From a phage: a stretch of DNA of 64,000 bases. Of this stretch, positions 11,401 to 19,769 are shown in pieces (within the stretch, counting starts at the first letter, position 1; every line of letters starts with the position of its first letter). The position numbers were made by a program, and so were the translations under genes. The notes under the pieces are model-generated. The model searched no databases. It worked only from the letters and a program-made list of their open reading frames with translations, and was not told where the DNA came from. The stretch is taken from NCBI GenBank assembly GCA_024682255.1, contig GCA_024682255.1_4716.1. One strand, given 5' to 3'.

Positions 11401-12109
11401 TGATGTGCGCCAAGTTCGTTATCTGGTTAACGGTGGTTTTAACGGATTACGTGATGTTGAACAGCGTTCAGCTTATTGGATTCAGGCGGCTAAGAATGGC
11501 ACCCTGAAGAAAATGATGGACGAGTTATCGGGGTCAACATCGGACGATCAAGTTGAAGGACCGACCACTGCCGAACAGGTGAAGAACGAAGCAGCCCAAG
11601 AGGCAAACGGAACACCTGCTGTAAGCAACGATCCGCAAGCCCCAGTATCTTCTACTACCCCTGAAGCTAAACCGTCTGCGGCTGCCGGTACTGCTCCAGC
11701 ACCTGGAGAAGCATCACCAACGCCTGGAAGTTTCGAAACAGCAAAAGCCGCGGCAGGACAACCGACATCAACACCAGCACCTAGCGATTTGCCGTCAAAC
11801 CCGGGTGCAAATCGAGGGATATCGGTTCCGAATACGCCTGCACAGGTTGCGCAGTCTGCGACACAAACATCGGTTGCGAGCGAGAACTTCTACGGCAGCG
11901 CAGGTGAAATTCTCCGACAGCAGCTGACCACACAGCAGAACATCGAGAAGAACACCGGTAGAACGAATGAACTTATTTCGGAATTAATCCAAGCCGTTAA
12001 GGGTTCTTCTATCGGTAAGGGTTCTGCAGGTCCTTCTCAACAACAGACGATGTCGCTACCTAATCGTCCGCAAGGAATCTCTCCAACACGGACAAGGTAC
12101 GCACAGTAG
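5444..12109 (+). CDS. giant virion-associated protein with C-terminal GH19 lysozyme-like domain (tape-measure/ejection-protein-like)
   Basis: Track ORF 5351..12109 (GTG start). Likely start is ATG 5444 with GGAGG SD. Coiled-coil-rich N-terminal half; Gly/Ala-rich hydrophobic segment (LGGLGAVLSGGASLTGLLGKGLISGTGALVKGGLSAAGWLG...); GH19 signature HESGNY ... YLGRGFIQVTGKANYARL (~nt 10970-11500); Pro/Ala/Ser/Thr-rich linker near the C-terminus. Confidence 0.85.
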   Translation: MVDKTRVEGDDNWDNWDEDFSLDLDFNEPKDDRKPITRFAVGAVKGAAEDLTSYERMKEIARNALPKGYSDGMDLIDSAVGSTKELYNEAVRDVLPKVQSSKRLAAQLTKKYRASMPDFSKKILEQWEREAKEEDERKQAEETLRQRMASAGDDEIARKVAEALGESANQSADQFAEQQAKESIRDDIADKRYAVTNKQMSAMQEGVAKMVGFNNEFAARYMRKSLELKYRSLAIQRASFDQHKKLAEVYIGLLQNIQKNTALPDAAKAKMSEEFRRSAYQRFFGNALDAMGSFENRFFADVKKNLATNALGALKGVVSGANDALYGLNEARDSMSMMDGMGSEGDIKEMQGKMLGQFIGSTVAPWMANKGRMALRDLAKRHPNAKFASALKAVDQGGEAAAYTTRNLGKLLQEDIRKNEFNLSDPFYKQLIRGAGRWAFNMDSGRNFRVMNDTAETLAEQTSFDGLTYRSINEVIPGFLARILKSSEGIRTGNSDPDYEVYDGISGQFVSQRTREQSVNDTLFNKRSFGYYASRFNEVISVIDPDKQLSEKARKALAKQLARDSDANIAFDPARFTDESNFDRSIDRDAIKELSTYFRDRYGIRDDVNDKGERHQVIGNRGQYYTERNRADLRYGNLKSLQPDIQRNLNLLKRTGDVQYLERIGIVTRNSDGSYSVNHDRYFSEIDRYIDRPEYAERSDVNTRLTAQETRALALGYRDAKPSAGDVQNAGLPNIDRKAVGAVTVDENIGYDKWWNDTGVITTSLEEQNRAWQELYLEALSEASEQRVEMLTLLKAISEKDWSNNVSLDGVDVPEGAAPISFIDRAKQKLGTRNLFKGGRNLLWKGIKNTARLGVKGARWGAERTLGSLVNSGRRIIDFNRFVFGALSKVDQVPFDIYVKGESQPRILAAKLRQGLYFDEATGKAVKRMKDIKGPLVDVDGNIVISNEDIEKGLVTRAGRAFENSGLKAWAREGLNGITTVLSLPRMLKRGAVEIYKQLDKTPDVYVKGESTPRLLSMVLAAGGYFRRSDGQVIKNLEDIDGDVVDAQGNVVLTLADMQKGLVDKYGKAIRRLKEKLINFGVKAFTLPLTLLRKTKDILKALPGKTVNGLRRMGLNFQSPDALLVGTTSSMVDRLDAIYQLLDQRMPGGDKDYRDWNGDGVREGSLEDLKRKREAKENGKDESGKDSNKGEEKEKKRGLLGSLFDMLGDTALGKRLMASPLGKILGGLGAVLSGGASLTGLLGKGLISGTGALVKGGLSAAGWLGRGALMAGGAALNAVGGLSGLGAFLISPVGLAIAGGALAAYAGWKIYQHFAEKPDPMQKLRLIAYGAKGDDKDFNKKLLATETYLTDHVVMTGDTIGFDPKADSEKILEIWELSLEDSDRMNEWKRWYLHRFIPVFARAYKLWKEHMPDEKKYMEMDKYPNGENKVKWSEAFIWPSDSPDGPYYVEANPLGSSGATRYIAGQDVKTLMLKQLEAIKKEYQNQIKQYTHDEAIADWSRMSDTQRKSVAPNALRGQKASLRFNDKRYNSAGAKGRQKLDATAVIESVDRRGRKWVAGGYIDELTSLRVRAYGIKVPLLSQIKVLMELEDAVEPGVVAEGKGVKYGGDLVALYKKFATKFGRDVNSKRDQDIWFAWMNNRFLPVFLTYYQQVSEMGGQGLLSDVVQNLKDSQRWEIGEALVATQYRDEKGTLQPVWSWNSCGFSGTEANTTSSSTKSQLDLLKEYADKEKVREKNAEASQEDADKLSKIQELMMKQAGYEKKDGVWQKKSRITGGMSNSEANYNPNRNKVGESSFTASATSNAGLGSTGDLTGLPNMGLQKPAMGPGPEAGRRALVKSAVKRGITDPMEMAMFLANIEHESGNYTHVREGNYKTPERLKQVFPYKFRDVQDAAQTISMGPEAVFERVYGNRKDLGNTQKGDGAKYLGRGFIQVTGKANYARLSKTLNKDLVSDPTYLETPEGAAEGSVAWWLNRGNVLRDPAKRGDVRQVRYLVNGGFNGLRDVEQRSAYWIQAAKNGTLKKMMDELSGSTSDDQVEGPTTAEQVKNEAAQEANGTPAVSNDPQAPVSSTTPEAKPSAAAGTAPAPGEASPTPGSFETAKAAAGQPTSTPAPSDLPSNPGANRGISVPNTPAQVAQSATQTSVASENFYGSAGEILRQQLTTQQNIEKNTGRTNELISELIQAVKGSSIGKGSAGPSQQQTMSLPNRPQGISPTRTRYAQ

Positions 12110-12120
12110 TCATTAGTTAA

Positions 12121-12139
12121 GGGCGGGAGATTCCCGCCC
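12121..12139 (+). terminator. stem-loop GGGCGGGA-gat-TCCCGCCC after the giant gene
   Basis: Perfect 8-bp GC-rich stem 12 nt after stop, followed by TCTTCTTG; next ATG at 12159. Confidence 0.55.
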
Positions 12140-12158
12140 TCTTCTTGAGGAATGTTAC

Positions 12159-14300
12159 ATGGGTATTCTTGTTCAAAACGCCCTAATAACCAAACAAGCG
12201 TTTTTATTACCTGGCGATAGCAGCACGCTTAGTGCTGACATGATTAAAGCGAGACATACACCGTATTCCTACGATAACGTCGATGATACCACCTTAGGTG
12301 GGAACTGGGTGCTTAACCCGCCACCGCAATATACTAAATTTGCCGACATCAAAGAACGCCGACGTGCGGTTATGCCGGGATCAACGGGCATGGGCCGAGG
12401 CTATAGTGAAAGCATTAACAGCTTTAAAGAAGTCGTTACGTTACGATTCGGTAAACCTCGCTTTACAGGCGCAAGTATCTTCTTTACCGATTTCTACGAC
12501 GCCGATGTTGCCGTAACGGTTAAAACCGGTCGCGATCCCGGTATTCTTTATTACGCAGCCAAAGCGTATACCACCGTTCTTTCTTACCTCACACCTCTAC
12601 CTTACCTGTATATGGTTGGACGTATTGGTCGATATTTCCTGGGTAAGCCTACCAGTCAATATTACTATCAAGTACCAACCATGCACGTGTATTGGGCGTC
12701 TTTCCAGACGCTGGTAAACCAAACAGCGATAAACATGGGTCTTATCGCCGGTGCCGGTAAAGATAAAGGCTATGTGGAAGAAGGGGGTACCGTACTCCAC
12801 CAATATTCAATCGGTGGTCAGAACGTTGAAGAATTCATCAACTACGCCTCTAAGACGCTACCGGGGATTTATAAGAAAGGTGGTGGGATCGATATCTATC
12901 AGATCGCAACACGCCGTCAGCGTATACAGAACGCATGGGTACGTCGTATTCAATCCATGATGGAAAACGATTACTCGTCTTACGAGGAGTTCTGGAACGA
13001 TCTTGATAAACGACTTGATAGCGGAGCATTTCCATCGGATGTAACCGGCCGTACGCTAACGCAGTATCTCGCCGATACGCAGAAGTCTGCTGTTTACAGT
13101 GCGACAGCCGGTGATAATAAACAAACGATGGACGACCTTTTATTTGGAAGAGCCTCGTACACCAATAAAGATGCCGATGCCAACTTCAATGTCTCGGCGG
13201 CTACCTCCGACGGCGGTACGTCAACACAGAGTCAGGGTACAACAGCCAATGTCGGTAATTCGACATCAGGGACAACGCAGGCTTCAACAGCAGCATCCAC
13301 GGCTGGAGGCGCGAACGTACAGAGCAAAGGAATCGGGCAAACGAACGCAGCCGAAGAAGCTACGTTTCTTGATCTGATGGATGCTGAACTGGCTGACGGT
13401 GCTCAGTTCATCAGTTTTCGAGTCGATTCTGTCACCAGTGTAACCGAAACGTTTTCAAACAGCGCTTCAGAAAGTTCAATCGCACAGACGATGAACAGCC
13501 GTGCACAAGCGAACATCGAACGTCGTTTCACCCTCTCCGGTGGTAATACAGGTTGGGCTGTACTAGACGAAGCCATCAAAGCCGGTTCCGATCTCGTCAA
13601 TGGTGCTATTTCCGGGATGGGTCTGGATGGTATTTTTGGTGCCTTCATGGGTTCCGGCTTCGCAGACATTCCGAAATTCTATTCTGGGTCGTCAGTAAGT
13701 CTACCGCGTGCCGATCTGACGATGGAATTGCGTTCCTGGAGTGGGGATCGCTGGTCGATCTTTACGAACCTCATGGTACCTCTTTTAGCCATTCTTGCGG
13801 GTGGTTTACCTCAGGCTACCGGTAAATCGTCCTACGGGATGCCGTTCATGTGTGAGTGTTATATTCCCGGTAAAGTCCAGATTAAAATGGGTCTTATCGA
13901 TAACATCACTGTGACGCGTCATGTTGGAAACGTGCCATCAACACGCGAGCGGTTACCGTTGGGTATCGATGTCAGCTTCAGTGTTTATGACCTGTCGTCC
14001 ATCGTCGCCATGCCGATCACAACGACAGCCGCATCGATCGCAAAACTGGATCCTCGTGGCTTCTTAAGTGATCTTCTTGCTGATGATACCCCACTCAACA
14101 ACTATCTTGCTGTATTATCGGCATTGACACTTACGGAACAAGTTTACATGATTCCGGATTTAAGTCGTCGCATGCATAAAACCATGGCCGATATCGATAG
14201 TTTCTGGAGCAAAGGTAATTTTGCTAGCTGGTTGTCTGACACCATGCCAGGCAGGATAGCATCAGGGCTGTTATGGAAACGCACAGAACGACCGTTCTGA
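12159..14300 (+). CDS. hypothetical protein (likely virion protein; co-oriented with giant gene)
   Basis: Track ORF, 713 aa, ATG start; Ser/Thr/Gly-rich low-complexity stretch mid-protein; no catalytic motif recognised. Confidence 0.7.
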   Translation: MGILVQNALITKQAFLLPGDSSTLSADMIKARHTPYSYDNVDDTTLGGNWVLNPPPQYTKFADIKERRRAVMPGSTGMGRGYSESINSFKEVVTLRFGKPRFTGASIFFTDFYDADVAVTVKTGRDPGILYYAAKAYTTVLSYLTPLPYLYMVGRIGRYFLGKPTSQYYYQVPTMHVYWASFQTLVNQTAINMGLIAGAGKDKGYVEEGGTVLHQYSIGGQNVEEFINYASKTLPGIYKKGGGIDIYQIATRRQRIQNAWVRRIQSMMENDYSSYEEFWNDLDKRLDSGAFPSDVTGRTLTQYLADTQKSAVYSATAGDNKQTMDDLLFGRASYTNKDADANFNVSAATSDGGTSTQSQGTTANVGNSTSGTTQASTAASTAGGANVQSKGIGQTNAAEEATFLDLMDAELADGAQFISFRVDSVTSVTETFSNSASESSIAQTMNSRAQANIERRFTLSGGNTGWAVLDEAIKAGSDLVNGAISGMGLDGIFGAFMGSGFADIPKFYSGSSVSLPRADLTMELRSWSGDRWSIFTNLMVPLLAILAGGLPQATGKSSYGMPFMCECYIPGKVQIKMGLIDNITVTRHVGNVPSTRERLPLGIDVSFSVYDLSSIVAMPITTTAASIAKLDPRGFLSDLLADDTPLNNYLAVLSALTLTEQVYMIPDLSRRMHKTMADIDSFWSKGNFASWLSDTMPGRIASGLLWKRTERPF

Positions 14301-14318
14301 TATTCACCGCATAAACCC

Positions 14319-14350
14319 CCCTCTCCCTTCCCTGATGGGTCGGGAGAGGG
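14319..14350. terminator. GGAGG-family hairpin CCCTCTCCC-TT-CCC-TGAT-GGG-TC-GGGAGAGGG between convergent genes
   Basis: Inverted repeat read directly; sits between stops at 14300 (+) and 14357 (-). Confidence 0.55.
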
Positions 14351-14356
14351 ATTATG

Positions 14357-15424
14357 TTAACCTAACGTCACTGTCGGTAAATCAGGATAAAGTTTCTTCA
14401 AGCCTGCCATCGTGGTGGTAGTCGTATAATTCTTACCCATCACAGCAAGAGATGCGTATTTCCTACTGCGGGAGAAAAGGGAATAAAACCCACTGGATGT
14501 TTCCATCCACATCGTGAGGAGTTCTGCATCCTTACCGTGATAGTTCGTTTTACCCCATCCGGGTTTAAACGCATCGGCAAAATCAATTAAACGCGAGGCT
14601 TCAGCGTCGTATTCTTTAAGGGTAAGGTACGATGGGATACGGTAGTTACGAAACAGCAACGTAATGAGTTCCGGAACAACGCTACGGGCACGTTCAGCTG
14701 TAATGAGTTCGGTGATCACAGCAGCTGTACGGAAATCGCCGTTAAGACCAACGCTGCTTAACGATTCCGCTAAAGTGGTTGCCATCGCCACTTTATCCTC
14801 CGCTGACCCGGAGTCATACAGACTACGTACATCGATATAGTTGCCTGCTAATGCGGCTTGACGAATCAACGACGTGACAACCGTTCGGTTCGTCTTATAG
14901 TCGTTGTAGTTGAATTCGGTTCGCGTTTTCCCTTGGTCGTCGAGATACCGATCAACGATTGTTGATAGTTTATAATACTCATCGCCCGACATCAGACTAT
15001 CGAGAAGCTTAACGTTTCCATCTTTATCGATAAGCTTCCCTAACGCACCATTGGATTGCTGGTTAATGGTGCTGTAAATCTGATCTTTTACTTGCGATAG
15101 AATGTTATCGGTTGACGATATATTCAGGCCGGTAACATCTTTGATCTTATTCATCAATGCGTTTTCATTCAGGGAGATTTTGCCTCCGCTGATATCGATG
15201 AACGAATTAAGATCGCTTATGGAAATCAGGTTTCCTGTTAACGCCGATAATGTACTATTGATACTGTTCGTGATACTGCTACGAAAACTGGTTAACGCAT
15301 CCGCCGCCGAAACAGCGGTACCGCTAACCGCTTTAAGGAGCGTATCACGCCCTGTCGAAAAATCGCTGGTGATGGTTTTGATCTTGGACGTATCTATACT
15401 CGGCAGTTTGTCGTAAAGACTCAT
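14357..15424 (-). CDS. hypothetical protein
   Basis: Track ORF 14357..15475 (GTG). Start moved to ATG 15422-15424 (MSLYDK..) with AGGAGG SD 5 nt upstream; the track N-terminus overlaps the upstream terminator. Confidence 0.65.
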   Translation of the reverse strand: MSLYDKLPSIDTSKIKTITSDFSTGRDTLLKAVSGTAVSAADALTSFRSSITNSINSTLSALTGNLISISDLNSFIDISGGKISLNENALMNKIKDVTGLNISSTDNILSQVKDQIYSTINQQSNGALGKLIDKDGNVKLLDSLMSGDEYYKLSTIVDRYLDDQGKTRTEFNYNDYKTNRTVVTSLIRQAALAGNYIDVRSLYDSGSAEDKVAMATTLAESLSSVGLNGDFRTAAVITELITAERARSVVPELITLLFRNYRIPSYLTLKEYDAEASRLIDFADAFKPGWGKTNYHGKDAELLTMWMETSSGFYSLFSRSRKYASLAVMGKNYTTTTTMAGLKKLYPDLPTVTLG

Positions 15425-15432
15425 CACGTCCT

Positions 15433-15490
15433 CCTGAAAAAGAAAAAAGAAATACGGCATAAAGCCTACCCACACAATGGTGGGTAGGCT
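15433..15490 (-). terminator. rho-independent-type terminator (11-bp stem AGCCTACCCAC/GTGGGTAGGCT followed by T-rich tract on minus strand)
   Basis: Hairpin ~15463-15490 followed on the minus strand by TTTATGCCGTATTTCTTTTTTCTTTTT; lies after the stop of 15507..16019. Confidence 0.6.
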
Positions 15491-15506
15491 AAGATTAACA
15501 TCGATG

Positions 15507-16019
15507 TTAAACTTCTTCGTTTTCTGAACCTAATGATTCAGCATCTGGATCGTCAACAGGAATTGTTGCGTCAAAATACCGTTTCGTATGCGTGGTTGTA
15601 TATCCTACGCTATCTGTGATAGAAATCGTAAACGTGACTTCCCTTGCACGGATTAAGCGTAGTTTATTCATGAAGTTACGGAACGGCATCGATCCCCGAT
15701 TCAACTCCTTAATGACGTTTCCCCGAATACTGGAAATGTCTTTATTCGTTTTATCAGGATGTCGTTTCTTCACATCACGCATGTGTCGGGTAATATACGA
15801 ATTGAGCTGATTTGCGCCGATCCCTCTCTCCGTATAAATCTGCAACAGGAACTCCGTAAGGAAATCCTGTCTACCCGTAGGCGTCCAGAAATTGTTACCG
15901 TGATTGTAGTTAGTCGCTCGTCCTCGATTGCTTTGAGGATTTTCATCATCGCTCTCGTCACGACGCTTAAGCGGATTAATGCGCGCGCGAAAAGAGACTT
16001 CATTATATTTATTTGTCAT
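15507..16019 (-). CDS. hypothetical protein
   Basis: Track ORF 15507..16064. Likely start is ATG 16017-16019, overlapping the upstream stop (ATGA coupling). Confidence 0.55.
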   Translation of the reverse strand: MTNKYNEVSFRARINPLKRRDESDDENPQSNRGRATNYNHGNNFWTPTGRQDFLTEFLLQIYTERGIGANQLNSYITRHMRDVKKRHPDKTNKDISSIRGNVIKELNRGSMPFRNFMNKLRLIRAREVTFTISITDSVGYTTTHTKRYFDATIPVDDPDAESLGSENEEV

Positions 16020-16531
16020 AATACACCAGTGTACTGACTGAGTGCGAAGGTTAGGAGTTCGCAACAGTCTCTCGCTAGTTTCCTTGTTTTGCGTAATCCA
16101 TAAGCCGCATCCAAATCGTCACGTTCCGCCAGCGCGTCTAACCACGTCGCAAGTATGCGTCCATACTCGATAACGTCACGCATGAGAACGTCGAACTGGA
16201 TAACACGACCATCGGCATCAGCAAGCCAACGATTGAATGTGATTTGTGGTGCTAGTATTGCATATGTTCTCTCCTCTAATGCTATTATGTTTATGTTGCC
16301 TTCGTTATCGAACGCTTGATGCCAACGGCGAAGGTCAAGCATCAACGACTCAGCGTCCATATACCACAACGGTAAATACGTTTTACGTGCAACGCGTATA
16401 TCGTAGATGTTGTGAACCCAGGACGTTGTTTTATAAAGCAACAAGAGTTCGTTTAACCGTTGCCTATCATCTTGAAACGTCTTCCTTTTATAACGTTGGA
16501 ACGCACGCCTCAAGAAAAAGCGATGTAACAT
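16016..16531 (-). CDS. hypothetical protein
   Basis: Track ORF, 171 aa; ATG with AGGTGA SD. Confidence 0.6.
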   Translation of the reverse strand: MLHRFFLRRAFQRYKRKTFQDDRQRLNELLLLYKTTSWVHNIYDIRVARKTYLPLWYMDAESLMLDLRRWHQAFDNEGNINIIALEERTYAILAPQITFNRWLADADGRVIQFDVLMRDVIEYGRILATWLDALAERDDLDAAYGLRKTRKLARDCCELLTFALSQYTGVL

Positions 16532-16580
16532 GGCATCACCTATGTATCATTCTTGCAGGCATCAATGAAGCCATCACAAG

Positions 16581-16635
16581 AAGGTAACGTTTACGTCACC
16601 TCCATGACAGTCATCATGAAGGTAATATAGTCCTG
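16581..16635. promoter_or_regulatory. promoter-like motif copy 1: AAGGTAACGTTTACG ... CATCATGAAGGTAATATAGTCC
   Basis: 19-mer CATCATGAAGGTAATATAG is identical to the copy at ~42285; lies in the divergent region between 16016..16531 (-) and 16664..17293 (+). Confidence 0.45.
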
Positions 16636-16663
16636 TTATTTTTTTCAATACGGAGAATGTAAA

Positions 16664-17293
16664 ATGAGCGAATATGGTGTTGCCCCCGTAGATGATGAAC
16701 CGCAAGAAGCACCTGATAAATTCGAGGTCCGTCTTGACGAAACCCGTAATATCCGTCAACGATTTATTCAACGTCTTGAAATGCTGTTAGATAGCGAATT
16801 CAAAGATTTCGAGCTTAATCCTGGCGCTGATAACAAAGCCATCGTCGACGTCGAAAACGTCGACCGAATAGGTAAGCTGTTGTTGAAATCGTTGGGTGAT
16901 AACGACAAAGTCGACTTAACATTGAAACGTATCAGTGCTGACCAGGCTATGAACGACAGCGCATTGAAAACAGCACAGGCCCTAACCGAAACCATGCTGC
17001 GCCGCTTAGGTCAGATGGATCAACATCCTCTCGCAGCAGGGGCTGTTTATGAAGGCGAAGTCGTGAAGCCAGTCACACCTGAAGAACGTGATCGTCGACT
17101 TGGTTTTGCGTCATTGGAAGAGTTCGATAGCAAGGAGTTTTCACCAGGCGTTCTCATCCAGGGACGTGTCGAAGAAACCAGTGATGCTTTCTACGCTAGA
17201 ATGGCTCAACTGACGGCGTCGGTTCGTGAGGAGGTATCTCAGAAGATGGCTGCAGATCATCAGTCTTCGGAGGCGTCACACGAGGAGGAATAA
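16664..17293 (+). CDS. hypothetical acidic protein
   Basis: Track ORF, 209 aa; ATG with GGAGA SD; 3' end overlaps convergent ORF 17196..17984 by ~98 nt. Confidence 0.6.
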   Translation: MSEYGVAPVDDEPQEAPDKFEVRLDETRNIRQRFIQRLEMLLDSEFKDFELNPGADNKAIVDVENVDRIGKLLLKSLGDNDKVDLTLKRISADQAMNDSALKTAQALTETMLRRLGQMDQHPLAAGAVYEGEVVKPVTPEERDRRLGFASLEEFDSKEFSPGVLIQGRVEETSDAFYARMAQLTASVREEVSQKMAADHQSSEASHEEE

Positions 17294-17984
17294 AATAACT
17301 GAACCATTTTATTCCAAAGAACCGCATGAACATCACAGGTGCGTTAGAAAGTTCGATTGCTTCGTAAAGTTTGTCATAAGCCAGATCGGAATCAGGGATG
17401 GTTTCGCTGATTCGTCTGGCTACAACCAGTACGTTACAAATCGGATTGTCTTCTAACAGCATCTGATTGGGGAGGTGCCAGCGTTTGAAATCGTAAAAGA
17501 ACATCGCATTATACGTCTTACGGATTTCTGACGGATGCAGTGTGGCCGGATGACGGTAAATAATTTCAACGCTATCTTGCGCACCGAGGTATTGCTGGAT
17601 GCCTTCTTTTAACGCCGTCGCTGCATCTCCCACAAATTCAAACGGGTACGTATTCACATGAACCGAAAAATCCGGTGCGGCAATCCCTGTCAAGCGGTCT
17701 TTCATGTAATCCGCGACCACGTAACATAATCGCCACATCAACTCCGTCGGAATGCATTTATCGAGAATGGTTTCATCGATATTTGCCAACGCACCCTTAA
17801 ACTCTTCGTAAGTGTAAGTAACACCCGCCTGCTTCTCCGGCTCCAGGTTATAGGGTCGGTAATGCCATTTCTTCCCCCACTTTCTGATAGCCTCCGGATC
17901 CAACGTTGTTGCTACCGCCATTTCGATATCAAGCAGCGCCTCGAGTTCTACGTACACCGTCACTAACGCCGCATTTCCAGTCAT
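17196..17984 (-). CDS. hypothetical protein
   Basis: Track ORF, 262 aa; ATGA overlap with upstream gene. Confidence 0.6.
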   Translation of the reverse strand: MTGNAALVTVYVELEALLDIEMAVATTLDPEAIRKWGKKWHYRPYNLEPEKQAGVTYTYEEFKGALANIDETILDKCIPTELMWRLCYVVADYMKDRLTGIAAPDFSVHVNTYPFEFVGDAATALKEGIQQYLGAQDSVEIIYRHPATLHPSEIRKTYNAMFFYDFKRWHLPNQMLLEDNPICNVLVVARRISETIPDSDLAYDKLYEAIELSNAPVMFMRFFGIKWFSYFIPPRVTPPKTDDLQPSSEIPPHEPTPSVEPF

Positions 17985-18688
17985 CGTTGCTCTCCAGCTT
18001 CACCGGTTAACATCTGCATATCGGGAGACGTTTTAATTTTCTTCTCGTACTCTTTTGTTTGTTTGAATACCAACTCACCGATTTCTTCCAATTCTTCAAC
18101 GGTGACGGTATGCAAATAAAGCAACGGAATAATCCAGGTATTCGCACGAAGCATATCCCGAATATCATCAACGGTGGGTAATTCCGTAAAGAACTGTTCA
18201 TCTACCGCGAATAAATCCCGGGCGATACCGTCCACCAGTTTATGATTGCTTTCATGGATCCATGCAAAACTTCCAGCAAGATGATCGATAAGCATATCGA
18301 TGTCCTCGTCCGTTGAGAACACTGTACGGCGAACATGCGTTGTGAGGTCCATCGTAAAACCCATTAACGAAGGGGTTTCCTCAGAACGAAGTTCACGCCA
18401 AAGACGGAGCATGTTTTCAGGGATAAACAAATCATGGATGAACGTCACACTGAATTTCGTAACCCAGTCACGAATTGTTGCACCTTTGGAATATTGTTGC
18501 GGTGGGGAATACAAATACACCCAACGTTTTGTGTACGCGATAACTTCCTTTCGCATCACCGCATCTAAAACAAGCACGTAACGATCGGAAGCAAGCTCTT
18601 CTAATAAAAGCTCGAACGCATCATCACTCTCTGGGGAGAACGATCGTTTTATTTCTGCGATACGTCGTGATAACCGACCACGTAACAT
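17981..18688 (-). CDS. hypothetical protein
   Basis: Track ORF, 235 aa; part of a tightly packed minus-strand operon. Confidence 0.6.
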   Translation of the reverse strand: MLRGRLSRRIAEIKRSFSPESDDAFELLLEELASDRYVLVLDAVMRKEVIAYTKRWVYLYSPPQQYSKGATIRDWVTKFSVTFIHDLFIPENMLRLWRELRSEETPSLMGFTMDLTTHVRRTVFSTDEDIDMLIDHLAGSFAWIHESNHKLVDGIARDLFAVDEQFFTELPTVDDIRDMLRANTWIIPLLYLHTVTVEELEEIGELVFKQTKEYEKKIKTSPDMQMLTGEAGEQR

Positions 18689-18690
18689 AA

Positions 18691-19365
18691 TTAGCCCTCA
18701 TCAAGGTTATTCTGGAGATGCATCGCGGTGAGGATAACACCAACCGCCGAAACCGATTTTGCCTTGCTGTCTTCAGGGAGCTGCTCCAAGCTTACGGTAC
18801 CTGTTTCTAACAGCATACGGTTCATCGCGTTGAACTTCTTATCGTCGCCACCACGAGCCTGCATCAACTCTCGGTTCACGTTCGGCATCGACCGTCCTAA
18901 CGTCGCCTGCATTTCCGGCTGGCTCCAAGTGGAACCTTTACTATCACCCGTCGGCTGATTGGTGAGCTGGTCCTTGGTGTTGTTGTTTTTCGGAATCGAT
19001 ATTTTAGCACTCAACGTTTCGGCTTGTCGGCGGTTTGGAATCAGGTACAATCGGGTTGGGCGGTCACGAAGCACCAACTGTCCTGTTTTCTGATCGGTAA
19101 GATAAATGCGCTGGAAGAAAGGGAAACCGTATTTCTTACCGACTTCCAACGCCCGTTTTATCGTCACCTCGTTTTTGTTCATGTTGGGTACCCAGATGGG
19201 TAGAATCTCTTTCTTATCCCGGCATAAACGCATATAGGCATCAAACGTCTCATCATCGATTTCGGCAAAACGTTTTTTGTAAATAGCGTAAGTTGGGCTC
19301 GATTCACCCACCAGGTCTTTGATATACCCAAGAATGAATTTTTCTGCTGCAGCGCGGTTGGACAT
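18691..19365 (-). CDS. hypothetical protein
   Basis: Track ORF, 224 aa. Confidence 0.6.
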   Translation of the reverse strand: MSNRAAAEKFILGYIKDLVGESSPTYAIYKKRFAEIDDETFDAYMRLCRDKKEILPIWVPNMNKNEVTIKRALEVGKKYGFPFFQRIYLTDQKTGQLVLRDRPTRLYLIPNRRQAETLSAKISIPKNNNTKDQLTNQPTGDSKGSTWSQPEMQATLGRSMPNVNRELMQARGGDDKKFNAMNRMLLETGTVSLEQLPEDSKAKSVSAVGVILTAMHLQNNLDEG

Positions 19366-19374
19366 AAACGTCTC

Positions 19375-19716
19375 CTATTGTCGTGTCTGTTGCGGAAATA
19401 CCCGAAACACCTGGACAATGATGTTCTTGTCCTCGCGGTTGGCGATGTCGATCATGTGTTTTGTTCCAGGACTTTTGAAATCCCAGAACGCAATTAGATG
19501 CGTAATGACATCACCCATCCACTCATTGCGTCTGAATCCAGCACCTTTACGATAAGGGCCATCCCAATCGGCAGGAAACGTGGTGTATTTAAACCCGTAA
19601 TCCTTCGCGTAGCGGCGCACATGCAAATCAGCGCCTGAATGCGCACCGCCAGCAATGAGATGAACTTTGTCGTGAGGAAGGTTGTGTAACATCTGGTTCA
19701 TACGCTTTTCGAACAA
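19375..19716 (-). CDS. hypothetical protein, possible Rossmann-like (SLOG/DprA-like) fold
   Basis: Track ORF, 113 aa; motif HLIAGGAHSGADLH ... FPADWD..GAGFRRN ... IAFWD; assignment is tentative. Confidence 0.4.
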   Translation of the reverse strand: MFEKRMNQMLHNLPHDKVHLIAGGAHSGADLHVRRYAKDYGFKYTTFPADWDGPYRKGAGFRRNEWMGDVITHLIAFWDFKSPGTKHMIDIANREDKNIIVQVFRVFPQQTRQ

Positions 19717-19769
19717 GGGATAATCATCCCAGTAGCGTGATCCTGATACCCCTACACGATAGGGTTCGC

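Noticed and set aside
5647-11507. Short track ORFs nested inside the giant gene (e.g. 5647..5838, 6190..6453, 9314..9919)
   Set aside because: They are antisense or out of frame within a continuous 6.7 kb coding frame with homology-supported domains.
16581-16635. Reading the recurring motif as a host sigma70 promoter
   Set aside because: No TTGACA-like hexamer at 16-18 nt from the TAATAT/TATATT core in any copy.
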